Position numbers and translations under genes: made by a program
Notes under the pieces: model-generated
What the model saw: only the letters and a program-made list of their open reading frames with translations
What the model was told of the DNA's origin: nothing
Database searches by the model: none
Shown here: positions 29,601 through 40,088 of the stretch, piece after piece
Layout: every line of letters starts with the position of its first letter
How positions within the stretch are numbered: position 1 is the first letter of the stretch
Assembly (NCBI GenBank): GCA_943846675.1
Contig: OX044357.1
Span: 2,136,967-2,200,966, forward strand
DNA: 64,000 nt
Reading direction: 5' to 3'
Source of the DNA: an uncultured Bacteroidia bacterium
GTDB taxonomy: Bacteria > Bacteroidota > Bacteroidia > NS11-12g > UBA9320

Positions 29601-30988
29601 CCGCTGCCTGTGCTTGTTCCGCCGTAAGTCGATTGATAACAGCCAGAAGTTGTTGGAAAATCTTCAGACGACGTATTACCAACAAGGTAAACTCTTCCGT
29701 TATCTGTAACCTGCATGCCTCTTATCCAGTCGATGGAATAAAAACCCGATGATTGTGTTCCAGTTAAGTATGTACTAAACACCAAACCACTTGCATCGTT
29801 ATTGAATTTTGTAACAAATCCTTGATAGCACCAACCGCCACTGCAGGATTTTCCTTTTTCATCAAATGCGCCTGATGTAGTTGGAAAACCTCCGCCAAAC
29901 GTAATACCAGAAACCACAGCTTCGTATTTTGAATTAACAGACACGTTCATTCCGTATTCGTAGCTGCTTCCTCCGATGTAGGTGAAATACTTAAGGCTAT
30001 CCCCCTTTGGTGTTATTTTACAAAGAAATGCATCATAACCACCGTTTAGCGTGGTGTCATAACCACCGAGTTGGCTGTAAAACCTTTGGTTATTAGACAT
30101 ACCAGTGATGTACACATAGTCTTGGTCGTCAATATCCACGTCTAACACGTAATTCCAGCCAAAATTGCCTGTAATTGGGTCTCCATAGAAGTAGGTACTC
30201 CAATCTACATAGATAGGGTCAATAACTAAGGCTATACTCGCGTCATATGCGCCAATAACTTCGAATCCTACTGTGTTTTCATCAACAACATATTGTACGT
30301 TTACTTCAACCTCCTTGCCATCTATCATCTGATAAGAATATGGTTTATCTTCAATCAGATTCCCCCATGCAGTAGACAGTTTAATTCTTCCGTCTTGTAG
30401 TACCTCAAGGCCTTCAACACCATTATATTCCATTTGAATGGAAGCAATATCGGCTCCCGGCTTCGCAATAAAATCGTACTTTAATGCACCTTCTGTATTG
30501 CCGTAAAAGACAAGGTCTGTATTTGGATAAACCTCTTTGTATTTAAGTTTCTGATACTCTTTAAGATTCACCCCTTGGCTAGTCTGTTCTCCAAAGTAGT
30601 GCACGTTTCGTTCAACTTGCTGAGAAGCCTGAATATTTTTTACTGTCGAGTTTTTCAAAGACAAGCTCCAGTTTAAGAACGAAGCCTTTGCCTCCATTGG
30701 TTTGCTTTTGTCTTCACTCAAACGAAAATCCTTCACCAACGAAAACAATATTTTATCCGAGTAAAATGCGGCTGTAGCACCATTTCCGGAGGTTTGATAC
30801 AAAATTGAATTGTCCCATTGACCTTGGTTTTCACGAAACAATTGCCCTTGAACAAGCACGTCGTTTAACACTTTTTGATAGCTAGCATGATCATGCTTAT
30901 TCGCCTCAGTTTGTGCATTAACCACAACAAGATTGAGGAGAAAGACAACGCATGCGGATAGGTATTTCACGGTTTTGATACCAAACAT
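26672..30988 (-). CDS. Giant secreted adhesin-like protein with SBBP beta-propeller repeats, PKD/Ig-like domains and a T9SS type-B C-terminal domain
   Basis: Signal peptide MFGIKTVKYLSACVVFLLNLVVVNAQ. Repeated YGG...D.A.....D..GN.Y..G.T.S.DFPTT SBBP-type units. Multiple ~80 aa Ig/PKD-like modules follow. C-terminal PTGFSPNGDGLNDLFKP...FNRWGEELYRTED...GWDGTYNGEVVSNGVYLYSIRF is a CTD-B. Confidence 0.75.
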   Translation of the reverse strand: MFGIKTVKYLSACVVFLLNLVVVNAQTEANKHDHASYQKVLNDVLVQGQLFRENQGQWDNSILYQTSGNGATAAFYSDKILFSLVKDFRLSEDKSKPMEAKASFLNWSLSLKNSTVKNIQASQQVERNVHYFGEQTSQGVNLKEYQKLKYKEVYPNTDLVFYGNTEGALKYDFIAKPGADIASIQMEYNGVEGLEVLQDGRIKLSTAWGNLIEDKPYSYQMIDGKEVEVNVQYVVDENTVGFEVIGAYDASIALVIDPIYVDWSTYFYGDPITGNFGWNYVLDVDIDDQDYVYITGMSNNQRFYSQLGGYDTTLNGGYDAFLCKITPKGDSLKYFTYIGGSSYEYGMNVSVNSKYEAVVSGITFGGGFPTTSGAFDEKGKSCSGGWCYQGFVTKFNNDASGLVFSTYLTGTQSSGFYSIDWIRGMQVTDNGRVYLVGNTSSEDFPTTSGCYQSTYGGTSTGSGYGYWLRGDAFLTCLNASGSGLIFSTYIGGSGFDVAKDVYVDGSGFVYVVGQTSSGNFRTTPGAKVFNKYIKGNTDGFVIKFKANGNQVEWAKLMGGSGEDNFESIYATETGDPFIAGASTSSDFPVSKNAFSKSNSGGYDAVVVKMISAGTNVHYSTYLGGSNDDGYSWNYPFFSPLSITANVRDEAIVAATSRSTDFPTTSDAIQPKSKLTYSGFYGSLTITKLDFEGAKQLYGTYYGGSRGEFPGGVRAKRVGCVTYILSAGNSFSGDYPTTKGVYKDSLRNGSSFFWTGFVTKFRDTLYTEPIELGFKDTFVECDNVFEIFDAKNQGANFIWSDGSDNRFNIAKDSGLIWVQATYGCDTVRDSVQILLEHSPKVPVFGNDTTYCDNFPTLTLDAKNDTIIRSYLWHNGDTTQTATASSPGKYYVDIITPNCGTKTDTINFKLLKTPKVNLFSDSITCDSVRLVLDAGNANNEAMYRWNTGDSIQQITVLDTGRYKVVVSNFCGVDSSETRIVEHSTPTVSLPSDSVFCNMVSYGLKVGQTNNGESYSWDDLNDLVGIGSLDSITISKATYARITIANSCGSASDSMNIELIVNPLGSLHDTVYQCDNVNTTLVLSNANQNNSETYSWSIVGQSDTFYNATMPGTFTGYLQNKCAIDSGVWTIILKETPQVILPIDSTYCDNVSTLFDVTHSDAEMQYNWQDNSTLPTLAVSSPGQYFVTLVNRCGIASDTVNLSLLKQPILSLGDNQIFCGQVEPQTITVGDPNNDESYIWSGNETINTVTLSNPGTHWVTISNKCGTISDSVTYSVSPYPIINLGIDTVLCGKFSLELDAGNPGMSYNWMPDGETSQKIQATKQQVYSVTVTNKDGCQSGDDFEIGSGCISYYHVPTGFSPNGDGLNDLFKPTLVNYQDYTMSIFNRWGEELYRTEDVNQGWDGTYNGEVVSNGVYLYSIRFITTEDGAYQTVKGLIHVVR

Positions 30989-31104
30989 ATGGTGTAAATA
31001 TACTATCAAGACGCTTATGTACTCCAAACGCTGCACCTGAATTCGACTAAAATGAGATTATTATAGCTCGTCAATCTCTAAAAATGGTTGTTTATTTGCT
31101 CTGA

Positions 31105-32634
31105 ATGGAAGCCTTGCAGAAATATCAAAAACATTTGGGAATACTCTTTTTTGCCGTGGTGTTGTTTTTCTGCTACGGAAGGTTTTACAACCAGCTTCCT
31201 TTGGGCGTTCATAACTGGGCTCAATCCGACAGATATTCTGTTGCTGTAAAATTTATAGATGAAATTAATTTTTTCAAAGCAAGAACGCATAACTTGAGCA
31301 CAATCGATGGAAGATGTGGTGTCGAATTTCCGGCCACCCAGTACGTTTCTGCCAGGTTAGCAAGTACGATATCTCCGAACCATCTTCCCTTTATTTATCG
31401 AATGTTTAATTTAATCATTCTAACCTTTGGTATATGGCGTTTTATTGCGGCTTGGAAGACCAAGCAGCAGATAAAGACGCTTACCTTTTTACTCGTTTTC
31501 TTTAGTCCTGTTCTCTTGTTCTATGGATTCAATTTTTTACCAGACACCACTGGGCTTGGACTCTTACTCATTGGATTGGGCTATTTTGTTCGATACAATC
31601 ATTCCAAGGTATTGCGTTATGCTTTACTGAGTGTACTTTTCGCTGGGATGGCCACTCTATTAAAAACTACATGTGGCATTTATTTTCTAGCCCTCATCGG
31701 CACTTACGGATTACATTTCATAAAACCCCTCGAGGTTAAAAAAGGACTCACTGTATTGTTCGTTTTTCTCGCACTTGCAGCATTAATTTTGCTATACGAC
31801 TACTATTTCTTCCACAAAGTGAATATGGATTTCTATTCCCGTATTTTCATGTCGAAACAGCAACCACTGACCTCACTTGCCGACTTCAGCGGATTTTGGA
31901 AAGCCATTCAATATTGGCATGGTCAATATTTAACGTGGCCACAAACCATCTTACTTTTTGGGTTGGTGGCACGCGCAATTACAAATCGTAAGCGTTTGAC
32001 CAAAAACCCCTTAGGGCTTAAGCTTTTGTTAATAGCACTGGTAGGGTTGATGCTATTCTTGGTGCTTATGGGCAAACAATTTATCAATCACGATTACTAC
32101 TTTATCGCTGGATTCACACCTTTGTACTGTTTAGCTTTGTGGTACTTTTTGTCTATTCAATGGCACCTACCCTTCTTCAAGTCTACGCTCTTTATATATG
32201 TGCTGTTAGGTTTATCCTTGACCACCTGTTACTATTCGGTTTCGAACTATTTGCCACGCATGTCAAGTCACTTTGTATGGAAAAATCGTGACATCATAAA
32301 TGATATAGAATGGATGGCCAGTGGGTCAACGCTGCTTGACGAATTGGGTATTGAACAAAGCGACAAAATATTTATCGGATATGACCCAGCACCAAATACG
32401 GGCTTGGTTTATTTCAATAGAAGCGGAAAAGTGTTTAACCACGAAGAAATGACTCGAGATAGCGCCAACATGCAATATTGGTCAAATCGTATCCACCCCA
32501 ATTATTTTATCTTTCCAACGGATTGGGTCGCTAAGTTGCCCAATGATCAACCCTGGTTACACGAGCATTTGGTTCCGTTTGCCAAACGTGAAAAATTCGT
32601 GGTGTATAAACCCATTTATTCGTTTAACAACTAG
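31105..32634 (+). CDS. Polytopic membrane protein with a C-terminal periplasmic domain, possibly a GT-C-fold glycosyltransferase
   Basis: About 11 TM helices followed by a ~150 aa soluble C-terminal domain. Divergently transcribed from the giant adhesin gene. Confidence 0.35.
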   Translation: MEALQKYQKHLGILFFAVVLFFCYGRFYNQLPLGVHNWAQSDRYSVAVKFIDEINFFKARTHNLSTIDGRCGVEFPATQYVSARLASTISPNHLPFIYRMFNLIILTFGIWRFIAAWKTKQQIKTLTFLLVFFSPVLLFYGFNFLPDTTGLGLLLIGLGYFVRYNHSKVLRYALLSVLFAGMATLLKTTCGIYFLALIGTYGLHFIKPLEVKKGLTVLFVFLALAALILLYDYYFFHKVNMDFYSRIFMSKQQPLTSLADFSGFWKAIQYWHGQYLTWPQTILLFGLVARAITNRKRLTKNPLGLKLLLIALVGLMLFLVLMGKQFINHDYYFIAGFTPLYCLALWYFLSIQWHLPFFKSTLFIYVLLGLSLTTCYYSVSNYLPRMSSHFVWKNRDIINDIEWMASGSTLLDELGIEQSDKIFIGYDPAPNTGLVYFNRSGKVFNHEEMTRDSANMQYWSNRIHPNYFIFPTDWVAKLPNDQPWLHEHLVPFAKREKFVVYKPIYSFNN

Positions 32635-32650
32635 CGATTAAATTAACAGC

Positions 32651-33010
32651 ATGGACATTATTCAACTCAGAGATTATTGCATTGCCAAACCAGGAGTGAC
32701 AGAGTCCTTCCCTTTTGGTGAGCAAACCTTAGTTTTTAAGGTAATGGACAAAATGTTTGCCGCGACAAACATTGAAAACTACACATCGGTAAACCTGAAG
32801 TGTGACCCAGAATGGGCACAAGAACTACGCGCGTCAGACCCATTAATACAACCCGGCTACCATATGAACAAAAAGCACTGGAATACGGTTGAATCTGCCA
32901 TATTCCCAGATTCGACTTTACTCAAAGAAATGATCGACCACAGTTACGACATTGTGGTAGTCAAACTGACCAAGGCTAAAAAAGAAGCATTAAAAAAAGG
33001 GCTTAGTTAA
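32651..33010 (+). CDS. MmcQ/YjbR family DNA-binding protein
   Basis: MDIIQLRDYCIAKPGVTESFPFGEQTLVFKVMDKMFA is the characteristic N-terminus of the MmcQ/YjbR family. 119 aa. Confidence 0.75.
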   Translation: MDIIQLRDYCIAKPGVTESFPFGEQTLVFKVMDKMFAATNIENYTSVNLKCDPEWAQELRASDPLIQPGYHMNKKHWNTVESAIFPDSTLLKEMIDHSYDIVVVKLTKAKKEALKKGLS

Positions 33011-33026
33011 TAAGCCCTTTTTTTTT
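32996..33026. terminator. Bidirectional rho-independent terminator
   Basis: aaaagggcttagttaataagccctttttttttt is a GC-rich perfect stem (agggctta/taagccct) flanked by an A-run and a T-run. It sits between the convergent MmcQ-like and fasciclin genes. Confidence 0.75.
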
Positions 33027-33041
33027 AGAAATTAATTATGC

Positions 33042-33953
33042 CTATTTCTTCAAAACTCCGTTTATCACATGCATAATACCATTGGATGCATATACATTTC
33101 CACGAATTACCTTTACAGTACCATTAAGCGTAACATCAGCTCCAGAGGTAGCAGTAATGTCTTCTCCTTCAGTAGCAATTGTGCCAGTTAACTGAGACGT
33201 CGTTTTAACATCACCCAATACCAGGGTATTATTGATTAACGCTCTACGTGCACTGTTTGATAAGTCCGCGATTCGAATTACGTTTTGTGTTTCTAAGTAC
33301 TTCACAAATTCCGTATCGTTTATCGCAAAAATGGTGTTGTCTCCTGTTTCAAGAGCCGTTTTGGTTGCGGCTTCTAAGTTCACACCTACTTTATAATTGG
33401 ACAAGTTTGGATTGTTCGCAATTTGATCAAGTAGCGTAGGCACAGTTAAACTGTTTGCCATAATGTAAATCATGCCATTCGTTGCTTCATAATTGGTCGT
33501 CGCAGTTTTGCCATTAAACCGCACAGCATCACCAGCAACAGCAGTATAGATTGACAATTTTGCATTGCCTGGTCCTGTGTTTGACTCGCTCGAAATATAT
33601 CCTGTATTTGTAAAAGCAGATGGCTCCTTTTTGCCATCAATGCAGTGATACTTAATAAATGCTACTTGTTCTGCATTCGTCATTGAGCTCAAATCTATGC
33701 CGTCATCAGTAAGTTGTAAGTCACTCACTGCCAATATAGTGTACCCCCCTGAACCTGTAATTTCGCCTGTTAAACCAGCTAAATCAAGTGCCGCTAAGAA
33801 TTCTGTATAGCCGCCGTCTGTGGTTAAATATTGAGAGATTGATTGGGTGGGTTGATTGCCCCCATCTCCTTCGTCATCTTTACAAGATTGTAGTGTTGTT
33901 AGACCCAAGGCAGAAATCATCAACAAAACATAAATCCGAGCATTTTTTATCAT
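33042..33953 (-). CDS. Fasciclin (FAS1) domain lipoprotein
   Basis: Lipoprotein signal ...LTTLQSCKDDEGDGG. FAS1 motifs ...NGMIYIMANSL... and ...NGIMHVINGVLKK. Confidence 0.8.
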   Translation of the reverse strand: MIKNARIYVLLMISALGLTTLQSCKDDEGDGGNQPTQSISQYLTTDGGYTEFLAALDLAGLTGEITGSGGYTILAVSDLQLTDDGIDLSSMTNAEQVAFIKYHCIDGKKEPSAFTNTGYISSESNTGPGNAKLSIYTAVAGDAVRFNGKTATTNYEATNGMIYIMANSLTVPTLLDQIANNPNLSNYKVGVNLEAATKTALETGDNTIFAINDTEFVKYLETQNVIRIADLSNSARRALINNTLVLGDVKTTSQLTGTIATEGEDITATSGADVTLNGTVKVIRGNVYASNGIMHVINGVLKK

Positions 33954-34013
33954 AGTTCTATTTTTTTGGGTAAAGGTATAAGAAAAACACAATGATTGCT
34001 ACACGGCTAAGTG

Positions 34014-35204
34014 TCAAATCTTCTTAAGTTCTGCAAAAAACGTGCTATCGGAATTATGTGCATAGCCGTGCACATATCCCTGCCTCAAGACTTCCATTCC
34101 ATCCAAATCCAACGTTTTTACATTGTCTTCGTTTTCTGCCTTATACACCGAGCAGGTTGTATACAGCAAGCGTCCTCCTTTTTTCACAAAAGGCCACGCG
34201 GATTGAACGATTTGTTTTTGAAGTGCTATATAGTTTTGCACGGAAGACGATTGTAAAGACTTAAATTCAGGGTTTCGATTCCAGGTACCAGAACCCGAGC
34301 ACGGTAAGTCCGCCACTACCAGATCAAATCCTGGAGGGGTTATCTCCACAGTGCTCTGTTTACTCTCAAACTTAATTTTTGACACCGAATTGCTCAGATT
34401 TACCACTGCCGACCAAACACGGTATCTATGCCGACCTGTTCGTTTTATAAAATTGGAAAGTATTGATTTCCTGCTGTCAGACGCACAAATATTGATAGAC
34501 TTTGTCCGGTCTAACAGTATTAAACTCTTCCCTCCAGAGGCACAACAACAATCCCATACACTTTGCACACCCTCCAGATTCAACGTTTTAAATACTTCCT
34601 GTGAACTATAGTCTTGTATCTCTATTTGTTTTGAAACTCCAGACGATTCTAACAAATGTCCAGCTTGAATACCCCGTGCACCATTGGGCTTAATCGACAA
34701 ATCACTTAATTTAGCACAGACAGCGTCAAATTCATTCTCATTCTTGCACCTGAACCACACCAGTGGCTGTTTGAAAAGATGTGGAATAAACTGATCTACA
34801 TCCACCTGAGATGAAACTTGCTCGATGTCTGGAAACACCAAACCCAGCTTCCAATCCATGGTTTTTTCTAGGAATGCTAGCCTTTCGCTTAATTCCCAGG
34901 TCAACCAAGATGGTGGAAGAACAAACGGCCCAAACAATATGGTCATCCATTCAGGTGTGTCCGTTGTCAAACACACATGGGCCAATAGAAGTTGGTCCTT
35001 CTTATCGAGTGCCGAAAAGCTGTAACCTAGTCGGAACCAATTATAACAAAGGTTTTTAATTGTTCTGCGATCTCGACTTCCAAACTGTCTATTAGATTTG
35101 AAATAAGCATGTAAAGTAGGATGAAATGGCTTGCCTTGTTCGTGACCGCTTAAACATGTCAAAGCGAAATCTACGTGTCGGTTAAAGAAGTGTTGTTCTT
35201 TCAT
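34014..35204 (-). CDS. RsmB/NOP2-family rRNA cytosine-C5 methyltransferase
   Basis: SAM-binding DCCCASGGKS. Catalytic motifs DLVVADLPCSGSGT (motif IV Pro-Cys) and LLYTTCSV (motif VI Thr-Cys). NusB-like N-terminal region. Confidence 0.8.
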   Translation of the reverse strand: MKEQHFFNRHVDFALTCLSGHEQGKPFHPTLHAYFKSNRQFGSRDRRTIKNLCYNWFRLGYSFSALDKKDQLLLAHVCLTTDTPEWMTILFGPFVLPPSWLTWELSERLAFLEKTMDWKLGLVFPDIEQVSSQVDVDQFIPHLFKQPLVWFRCKNENEFDAVCAKLSDLSIKPNGARGIQAGHLLESSGVSKQIEIQDYSSQEVFKTLNLEGVQSVWDCCCASGGKSLILLDRTKSINICASDSRKSILSNFIKRTGRHRYRVWSAVVNLSNSVSKIKFESKQSTVEITPPGFDLVVADLPCSGSGTWNRNPEFKSLQSSSVQNYIALQKQIVQSAWPFVKKGGRLLYTTCSVYKAENEDNVKTLDLDGMEVLRQGYVHGYAHNSDSTFFAELKKI

Positions 35205-36490
35205 TCTACTGGTTTGAGTTCAAAATCCTCAAATTTCAGAATGAAAACATTGGTATTTCTATTTAAGCCATTTGAATACGTATAGTGAAAATTTGAGCTT
35301 AAGTATCGAAATTCTCTGTCGAGAATATAACCCGGAAAATGCTCACCAAAAGCCATCAGAAACTCTCCCATAAACATAAACTGGTCGTAGCCGATGTACG
35401 CATACACAGAAGGATCCGTACGATTCACTAATCTAAAATTAGTCCTAAAATTTTTAACACTAGCCGCTGTATCATTTACAAAGTCTGAAGCCACCAAATG
35501 CACCTTCATTTTATCCCAAAACTTGTAATCGTTGTCTTGAAAGTTTGACCAAGAATAATCGCCTATTACAACGACATCTCTTTTTGTCTGATAAATTTTC
35601 GAAAGTGTTGTACTCACTGTTGTTGGATTTCTACTGAGTAGAATTACCACCGTAGGTTCGTCCTTCGATAAAATATTTCCCCAGCTATTATAGGATGGCT
35701 GTTCGTAAACAACGGCAGTTCGTTTTGCTTCTTCGAAGGCTTGCTTGTAGCTTTCCTTCATTGCGCTTGAATACGCAGATTCGTCGCTTACAACAATGAC
35801 AGAATTTGTTGGATAGGATTCGTTAACAAAAGAGATCACGCCTTCCGTTTTATCGGCATTGCTAGGTGTTGGACAATACAACTTTGGATTCGGCGAGGCC
35901 ACAGAGTCAAGCGTTGTAAAAGGAGATACAACTGGAATATCGTGTTTAATACCGTATTCGGACACCATATTGATTTGCTTCTCTCCTACCGAACCAATAA
36001 TAACGTCCATTGATTTCATGGAAGATTTGCGTAAAATAGAACTTAACTCTGTTAAGTTATTTTCGTCGTCAAATACAAACAACTTCATCTTCAACCCATT
36101 CAAATCCAGGTTGTTGAGGGCTAACTTAACACCCTGATAGTATGCCAACATGTAGTCCGAAGTTCTGCGTTCTCGTGCCGTTTCGGCGTCGTAATGAAAC
36201 GGCAATATCAGTGCCACCTTGAATTCGGTTTTATGTGGTTCTACTTGAAACTCTTCACCAAAAAAATCAACCGTAATTAACTCCTTCTTCTCCGTTACAA
36301 CTGGTTCATCTGCTTCCTTTTTTTCAGATTCTTCCTTTTTTTCAGTTGTCTTTTCATTTACGACAACGGGTTCATCGTTCGACACCACCTTAAAGGCATT
36401 ACAAGACAGCAATACCAAAGCAGAGAAAAGTGCTAATACATTATTCCCACTCAATCGTGGCAGGCGGTTTTGAACTAATGTCATATACAA
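35201..36490 (-). CDS. Periplasmic ligand-binding lipoprotein (Peripla_BP_6/LivK-like fold)
   Basis: Signal peptide and lipobox-like LSC. The ...[12 protein letters not shown]...[29 protein letters not shown] pattern resembles type-I periplasmic binding proteins. No ABC transporter genes are adjacent. The stop overlaps the RsmB-like start (ATGA). Confidence 0.5.
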   Translation of the reverse strand: MYMTLVQNRLPRLSGNNVLALFSALVLLSCNAFKVVSNDEPVVVNEKTTEKKEESEKKEADEPVVTEKKELITVDFFGEEFQVEPHKTEFKVALILPFHYDAETARERRTSDYMLAYYQGVKLALNNLDLNGLKMKLFVFDDENNLTELSSILRKSSMKSMDVIIGSVGEKQINMVSEYGIKHDIPVVSPFTTLDSVASPNPKLYCPTPSNADKTEGVISFVNESYPTNSVIVVSDESAYSSAMKESYKQAFEEAKRTAVVYEQPSYNSWGNILSKDEPTVVILLSRNPTTVSTTLSKIYQTKRDVVVIGDYSWSNFQDNDYKFWDKMKVHLVASDFVNDTAASVKNFRTNFRLVNRTDPSVYAYIGYDQFMFMGEFLMAFGEHFPGYILDREFRYLSSNFHYTYSNGLNRNTNVFILKFEDFELKPVE

Positions 36491-37967
36491 CTCTATTTAT
36501 TCCTTTAATCGTATTTATTATCTTGTTACTTGTATCCGCTAAAAAGCGATGAGGTAAATCAACCCAATCTGCCGTCATACCATCAAGCGAAGTAACCGCA
36601 CGTAAACAAATAACGTGTTCATAGGTACGTTCGTCGCCCATAACACCTACCGATTGTACAGGTAAAAACATCGCTCCTGCTTGCCAGACGTCGTTATACA
36701 ATCCATTTGACTTCAACCCGTCAATAAATATGGCATCCGCTTCTTGCAAAATAGCCACTTTTTCTCTGGTAATCTCTCCAATTATTCGAATAGCAAGCCC
36801 AGGTCCTGGGAAAGGATGTCTGCCTAAAATATCTTTACTTAATCCAGCTTCACCACCAATTTTACGGACCTCGTCTTTAAATAACGTATTTAAAGGCTCC
36901 AAAAGTTTAAGGTTCATTTTTTCTGGCAGTCCACCAACGTTATGATGACTCTTAATTGTGGCAGATGGTCCGTTAACCGACACCGATTCAATGACATCAG
37001 GGTAAATGGTGCCTTGAGCTAACCACCGGGCGTTTTTGACTTTTTTCGCTTCCGTATCAAAAACTTCAACAAATAGCTTACCGATTATTTTTCTTTTTGT
37101 CTCTGGATCTTTCACCCCATCAAGCGCATTAAGAAACAAGTCTGATGCATCTACACCGATGACATTCAAGCCCATGGTTTTATATGAATCCAATACCGCA
37201 TCGAATTCGTTCTTACGAAGTAGACCGTTATTGACGAATATGCAATGTAATTGGGTTCCGATAGCATTATGAATTAGCTGCGCCGCAACTGAAGAATCGA
37301 CACCTCCACTCAAACCTAGAATAACCTTGTCGTCCCCAACTTTTTGTTTAATCTCGGCAACGGTTGTTTCAATAAAATGTGCTGGTGTCCAAGATCCAGT
37401 AGCACCACAAATCGTATTTACAAAATTCGATAACAACTGTTTGCCGTCTGTAGAGTGTGTCACTTCTGGATGAAACTGTATCGCGTAAATGTCTTTGTCT
37501 GCAAATGCAAACGCTGCAATATCTACAGAAGACGTGCTGGCTAAAATTGTTACGTCTTTAGGCTTTTTGGTAATGGTATCCGCGTGTGACATCCAAACTT
37601 GCGACCCTGCGGAAACGCCAGACATTAATGTGTTTTCACCAACCGAAACAAGATTCGCCCGGCCATATTCCCTGTGTTTCGAAGCTTCTACTTGCCCTTC
37701 AAACTGTGTTGCCAACCACTGTGCTCCATAGCAAACGCCTAGTAGGGGCACTGGCAAGTTCAACACATCTAGTTTTGGTGTTGGCGCATTCTCTTCTCTT
37801 ACAGAGCTTGGGCTGCCAGAAAGTATAACGCCTTTAACAGATGCGTCAATTGTTATGTCTGCGTTGTACGGGTGGATTTCACAGTACACATTTAATTCTC
37901 TAACGCGACGCGCAATTAATTGTGTATACTGAGAACCAAAATCGAGGATAATGAGCTTTTCTTCCAT
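36441..37967 (-). CDS. guaA: GMP synthase (glutamine-hydrolysing)
   Basis: N-terminal class-I glutamine amidotransferase domain ([19 protein letters not shown]..., Cys at GVCYGAQ). ATP-PPase SGGVDSSV P-loop. Conserved C-terminal dimerisation domain ...[12 protein letters not shown]. Confidence 0.92.
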   Translation of the reverse strand: MEEKLIILDFGSQYTQLIARRVRELNVYCEIHPYNADITIDASVKGVILSGSPSSVREENAPTPKLDVLNLPVPLLGVCYGAQWLATQFEGQVEASKHREYGRANLVSVGENTLMSGVSAGSQVWMSHADTITKKPKDVTILASTSSVDIAAFAFADKDIYAIQFHPEVTHSTDGKQLLSNFVNTICGATGSWTPAHFIETTVAEIKQKVGDDKVILGLSGGVDSSVAAQLIHNAIGTQLHCIFVNNGLLRKNEFDAVLDSYKTMGLNVIGVDASDLFLNALDGVKDPETKRKIIGKLFVEVFDTEAKKVKNARWLAQGTIYPDVIESVSVNGPSATIKSHHNVGGLPEKMNLKLLEPLNTLFKDEVRKIGGEAGLSKDILGRHPFPGPGLAIRIIGEITREKVAILQEADAIFIDGLKSNGLYNDVWQAGAMFLPVQSVGVMGDERTYEHVICLRAVTSLDGMTADWVDLPHRFLADTSNKIINTIKGINRVVYDISSKPPATIEWE

Positions 37968-38050
37968 GCTAAATCGATGTACAAAAGTACAGATTTACAC
38001 GGTACATGAAAGCTAGAAATAAGAATGATATACAGTTGTTTTACACAGGT

Positions 38051-38743
38051 TTAGGCCTCTATAAACTTGTAGCCCACACCGCGTAATGATTTAAAGAACA
38101 TCGGGTTCTTTGGATCTGGTTCAAAGTATTTTCTGAACGCCAAAATAAAGTTGTCGATTGTTCTTGTTGAAGGGTAAACCGAATACCCCCAAACTGTCTG
38201 AAGAATTTTTTCACGACTTACTACTTCATTTTTATTCTCAATAAGCAGTTTAAGAAGAAGTGCTTCCTTTTTCGTTAACGAAAACTCGCCTTTATTCCCT
38301 TTTGCTTCATAACTCACAAAGTTGACGTAGTTGTCACCAAATGAATAATCGTTAGAAGAGAGTTTGTTAGCCGTTTGATCGTTACGCTCAATTAAGTTTT
38401 TAACACGCAACATGAACTCTTCTAGGTTAAACGGCTTGGTCATATAATCATCGCCACCTTTTCGCAATCCAAGAACACGGTCTTCAGCAGAGCTTTTTGC
38501 CGACAAAAACATAATAGGCACTTGAGAATCATGCAGTCTAATGTTCTCGCAAACTGCAATTCCATCGATGTTTGGAATCATGATGTCTAAGATAACCAAA
38601 TCGAAACGCTGTTCCTTAAATTTTGTTACTGCAGACAAACCGTCGTGCACAACAACCGGATGGTACTCATCGATTTCTAAATTCAGTTTAATCGTTTCTG
38701 CTAGGTGTTTCTCGTCTTCAACAAGTAAAATCCGTTTTTTCAT
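38051..38743 (-). CDS. Two-component response regulator, OmpR/PhoB family
   Basis: Receiver domain (LLVEDE...Asp in LVILDIMIP...K in MTKPF) plus a C-terminal winged-helix DNA-binding domain (...LRGVGYKF). Confidence 0.85.
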   Translation of the reverse strand: MKKRILLVEDEKHLAETIKLNLEIDEYHPVVVHDGLSAVTKFKEQRFDLVILDIMIPNIDGIAVCENIRLHDSQVPIMFLSAKSSAEDRVLGLRKGGDDYMTKPFNLEEFMLRVKNLIERNDQTANKLSSNDYSFGDNYVNFVSYEAKGNKGEFSLTKKEALLLKLLIENKNEVVSREKILQTVWGYSVYPSTRTIDNFILAFRKYFEPDPKNPMFFKSLRGVGYKFIEA

Positions 38744-38874
38744 AAGGGCAAATTTTGATGTACTAATTAATGTATTAACTCAAGTTAGCTACGCCGTAGT
38801 ATGTTTTGTCAATAGGGTATCTAAAAAATATGACTCTCAAATATCTTTTCTTAAAATCTCTGGTATGTCATAGC

Positions 38875-40020
38875 CTACTCATTTTTTCTTTTAAGCGGCA
38901 ACTCAACTATAAAAACAGTTCCTTTCGGTTGATTGTTTTTAATCCGTATAGTCCCATCGTGTTTCTCAATGGTCTCTTTTAAAATGAACAATCCTAATCC
39001 CGTACCTTTCGAATCTCTAACCTCCTCATCCTCAACTCGATAAAACTTCTTAAATATCTTCTTTCGTTCCGACTCGGCAATGCCAATACCTTGGTCAATA
39101 ACACGAATAACGGCCTTGTCCTTTTCTACCTTCATCGAGACCTCAACGGGCAGATCATTACCATACTTAATGGCATTCTCTAACAAATTATTCATTGAGA
39201 TTCTTAAAATGAACCGATCTCCAACAATTTCAACATCGTCTTCGATATCTGCAGTAAGGTCTGTACGCAATCGATAACTTTCGGCCAAGTTCTGCATCAT
39301 ATCAGTTATCGAGAAGACTTCACGACCATAGATATAATTGTCGTTTTCAATCTGCATGGCCGTTAGCATATTCTCTGTGAGTTCGTTTAAACGATCTGCA
39401 TTATTCACTGCTTTATCAAGTAACTCGTTGCGTTTTTCCTCAGGTAATTTACGTGTGCGTATCGTTTGCAACAACAACTTCATCGAAGCGATTGGTGTTT
39501 TCAGTTCGTGCGTCACTGATAACAAAAAGTTGTTTTGCTGTTTGTTCAAACGATAAATCATTTGAATGGAGTAAGACACGCCGTAAACACCAACAGCGAC
39601 CAGAACAAACAGCAGTAAGGCTTGAAATATATAGAGCCGCTCACGATTTTGTAGTTTCTGTTCTAAGCGATCGATTTGATGTGGCGCAATCTGAATGTCT
39701 AAATCCCAGCCTTGATAAACTTTTGTATATGCCGCCGTATAACGACCATAATTATACGTTTCTAGAAACGCATTTAACAAGTTGGTATCCGCATCAATTT
39801 TTGCCTGCTTAAAGATGATATGGATTTCGCTTTCAGAGGAAAAATCGTAGTTCTTACTTTTCTCTATTAACCGTAGAACACAAGCTTGTCTTCCGGCCTC
39901 CAACACCTGCTTTTGCAAACCGTATTCTTTGTTACTGAAGTTAACCAACGAGTAGGTTAGCCAACCAAAGGTGCCTAGAATATAGATTATGATGAAGATG
40001 AATAAAAGCTTGAATTTCAT
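38875..40020 (-). CDS. Sensor histidine kinase
   Basis: Two N-terminal TM helices. H-box HELKTPIASM. N, G1 and G2 boxes (NLLENAIKYG, IDQGIGI, GTGLGLFI). Confidence 0.85.
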   Translation of the reverse strand: MKFKLLFIFIIIYILGTFGWLTYSLVNFSNKEYGLQKQVLEAGRQACVLRLIEKSKNYDFSSESEIHIIFKQAKIDADTNLLNAFLETYNYGRYTAAYTKVYQGWDLDIQIAPHQIDRLEQKLQNRERLYIFQALLLFVLVAVGVYGVSYSIQMIYRLNKQQNNFLLSVTHELKTPIASMKLLLQTIRTRKLPEEKRNELLDKAVNNADRLNELTENMLTAMQIENDNYIYGREVFSITDMMQNLAESYRLRTDLTADIEDDVEIVGDRFILRISMNNLLENAIKYGNDLPVEVSMKVEKDKAVIRVIDQGIGIAESERKKIFKKFYRVEDEEVRDSKGTGLGLFILKETIEKHDGTIRIKNNQPKGTVFIVELPLKRKNE

Positions 40021-40088
40021 ACACTTAATTCGGGTTCACGAAAATACTTCATTCTTGTTTAAACATATTTTGCGTTTGTTTGCACTGA

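Noticed and set aside
34011-35059. Multiple 66-86 aa plus-strand ORFs opposite the RsmB-like gene
   Set aside because: They are antisense to a gene with clear catalytic motifs and have no independent support.
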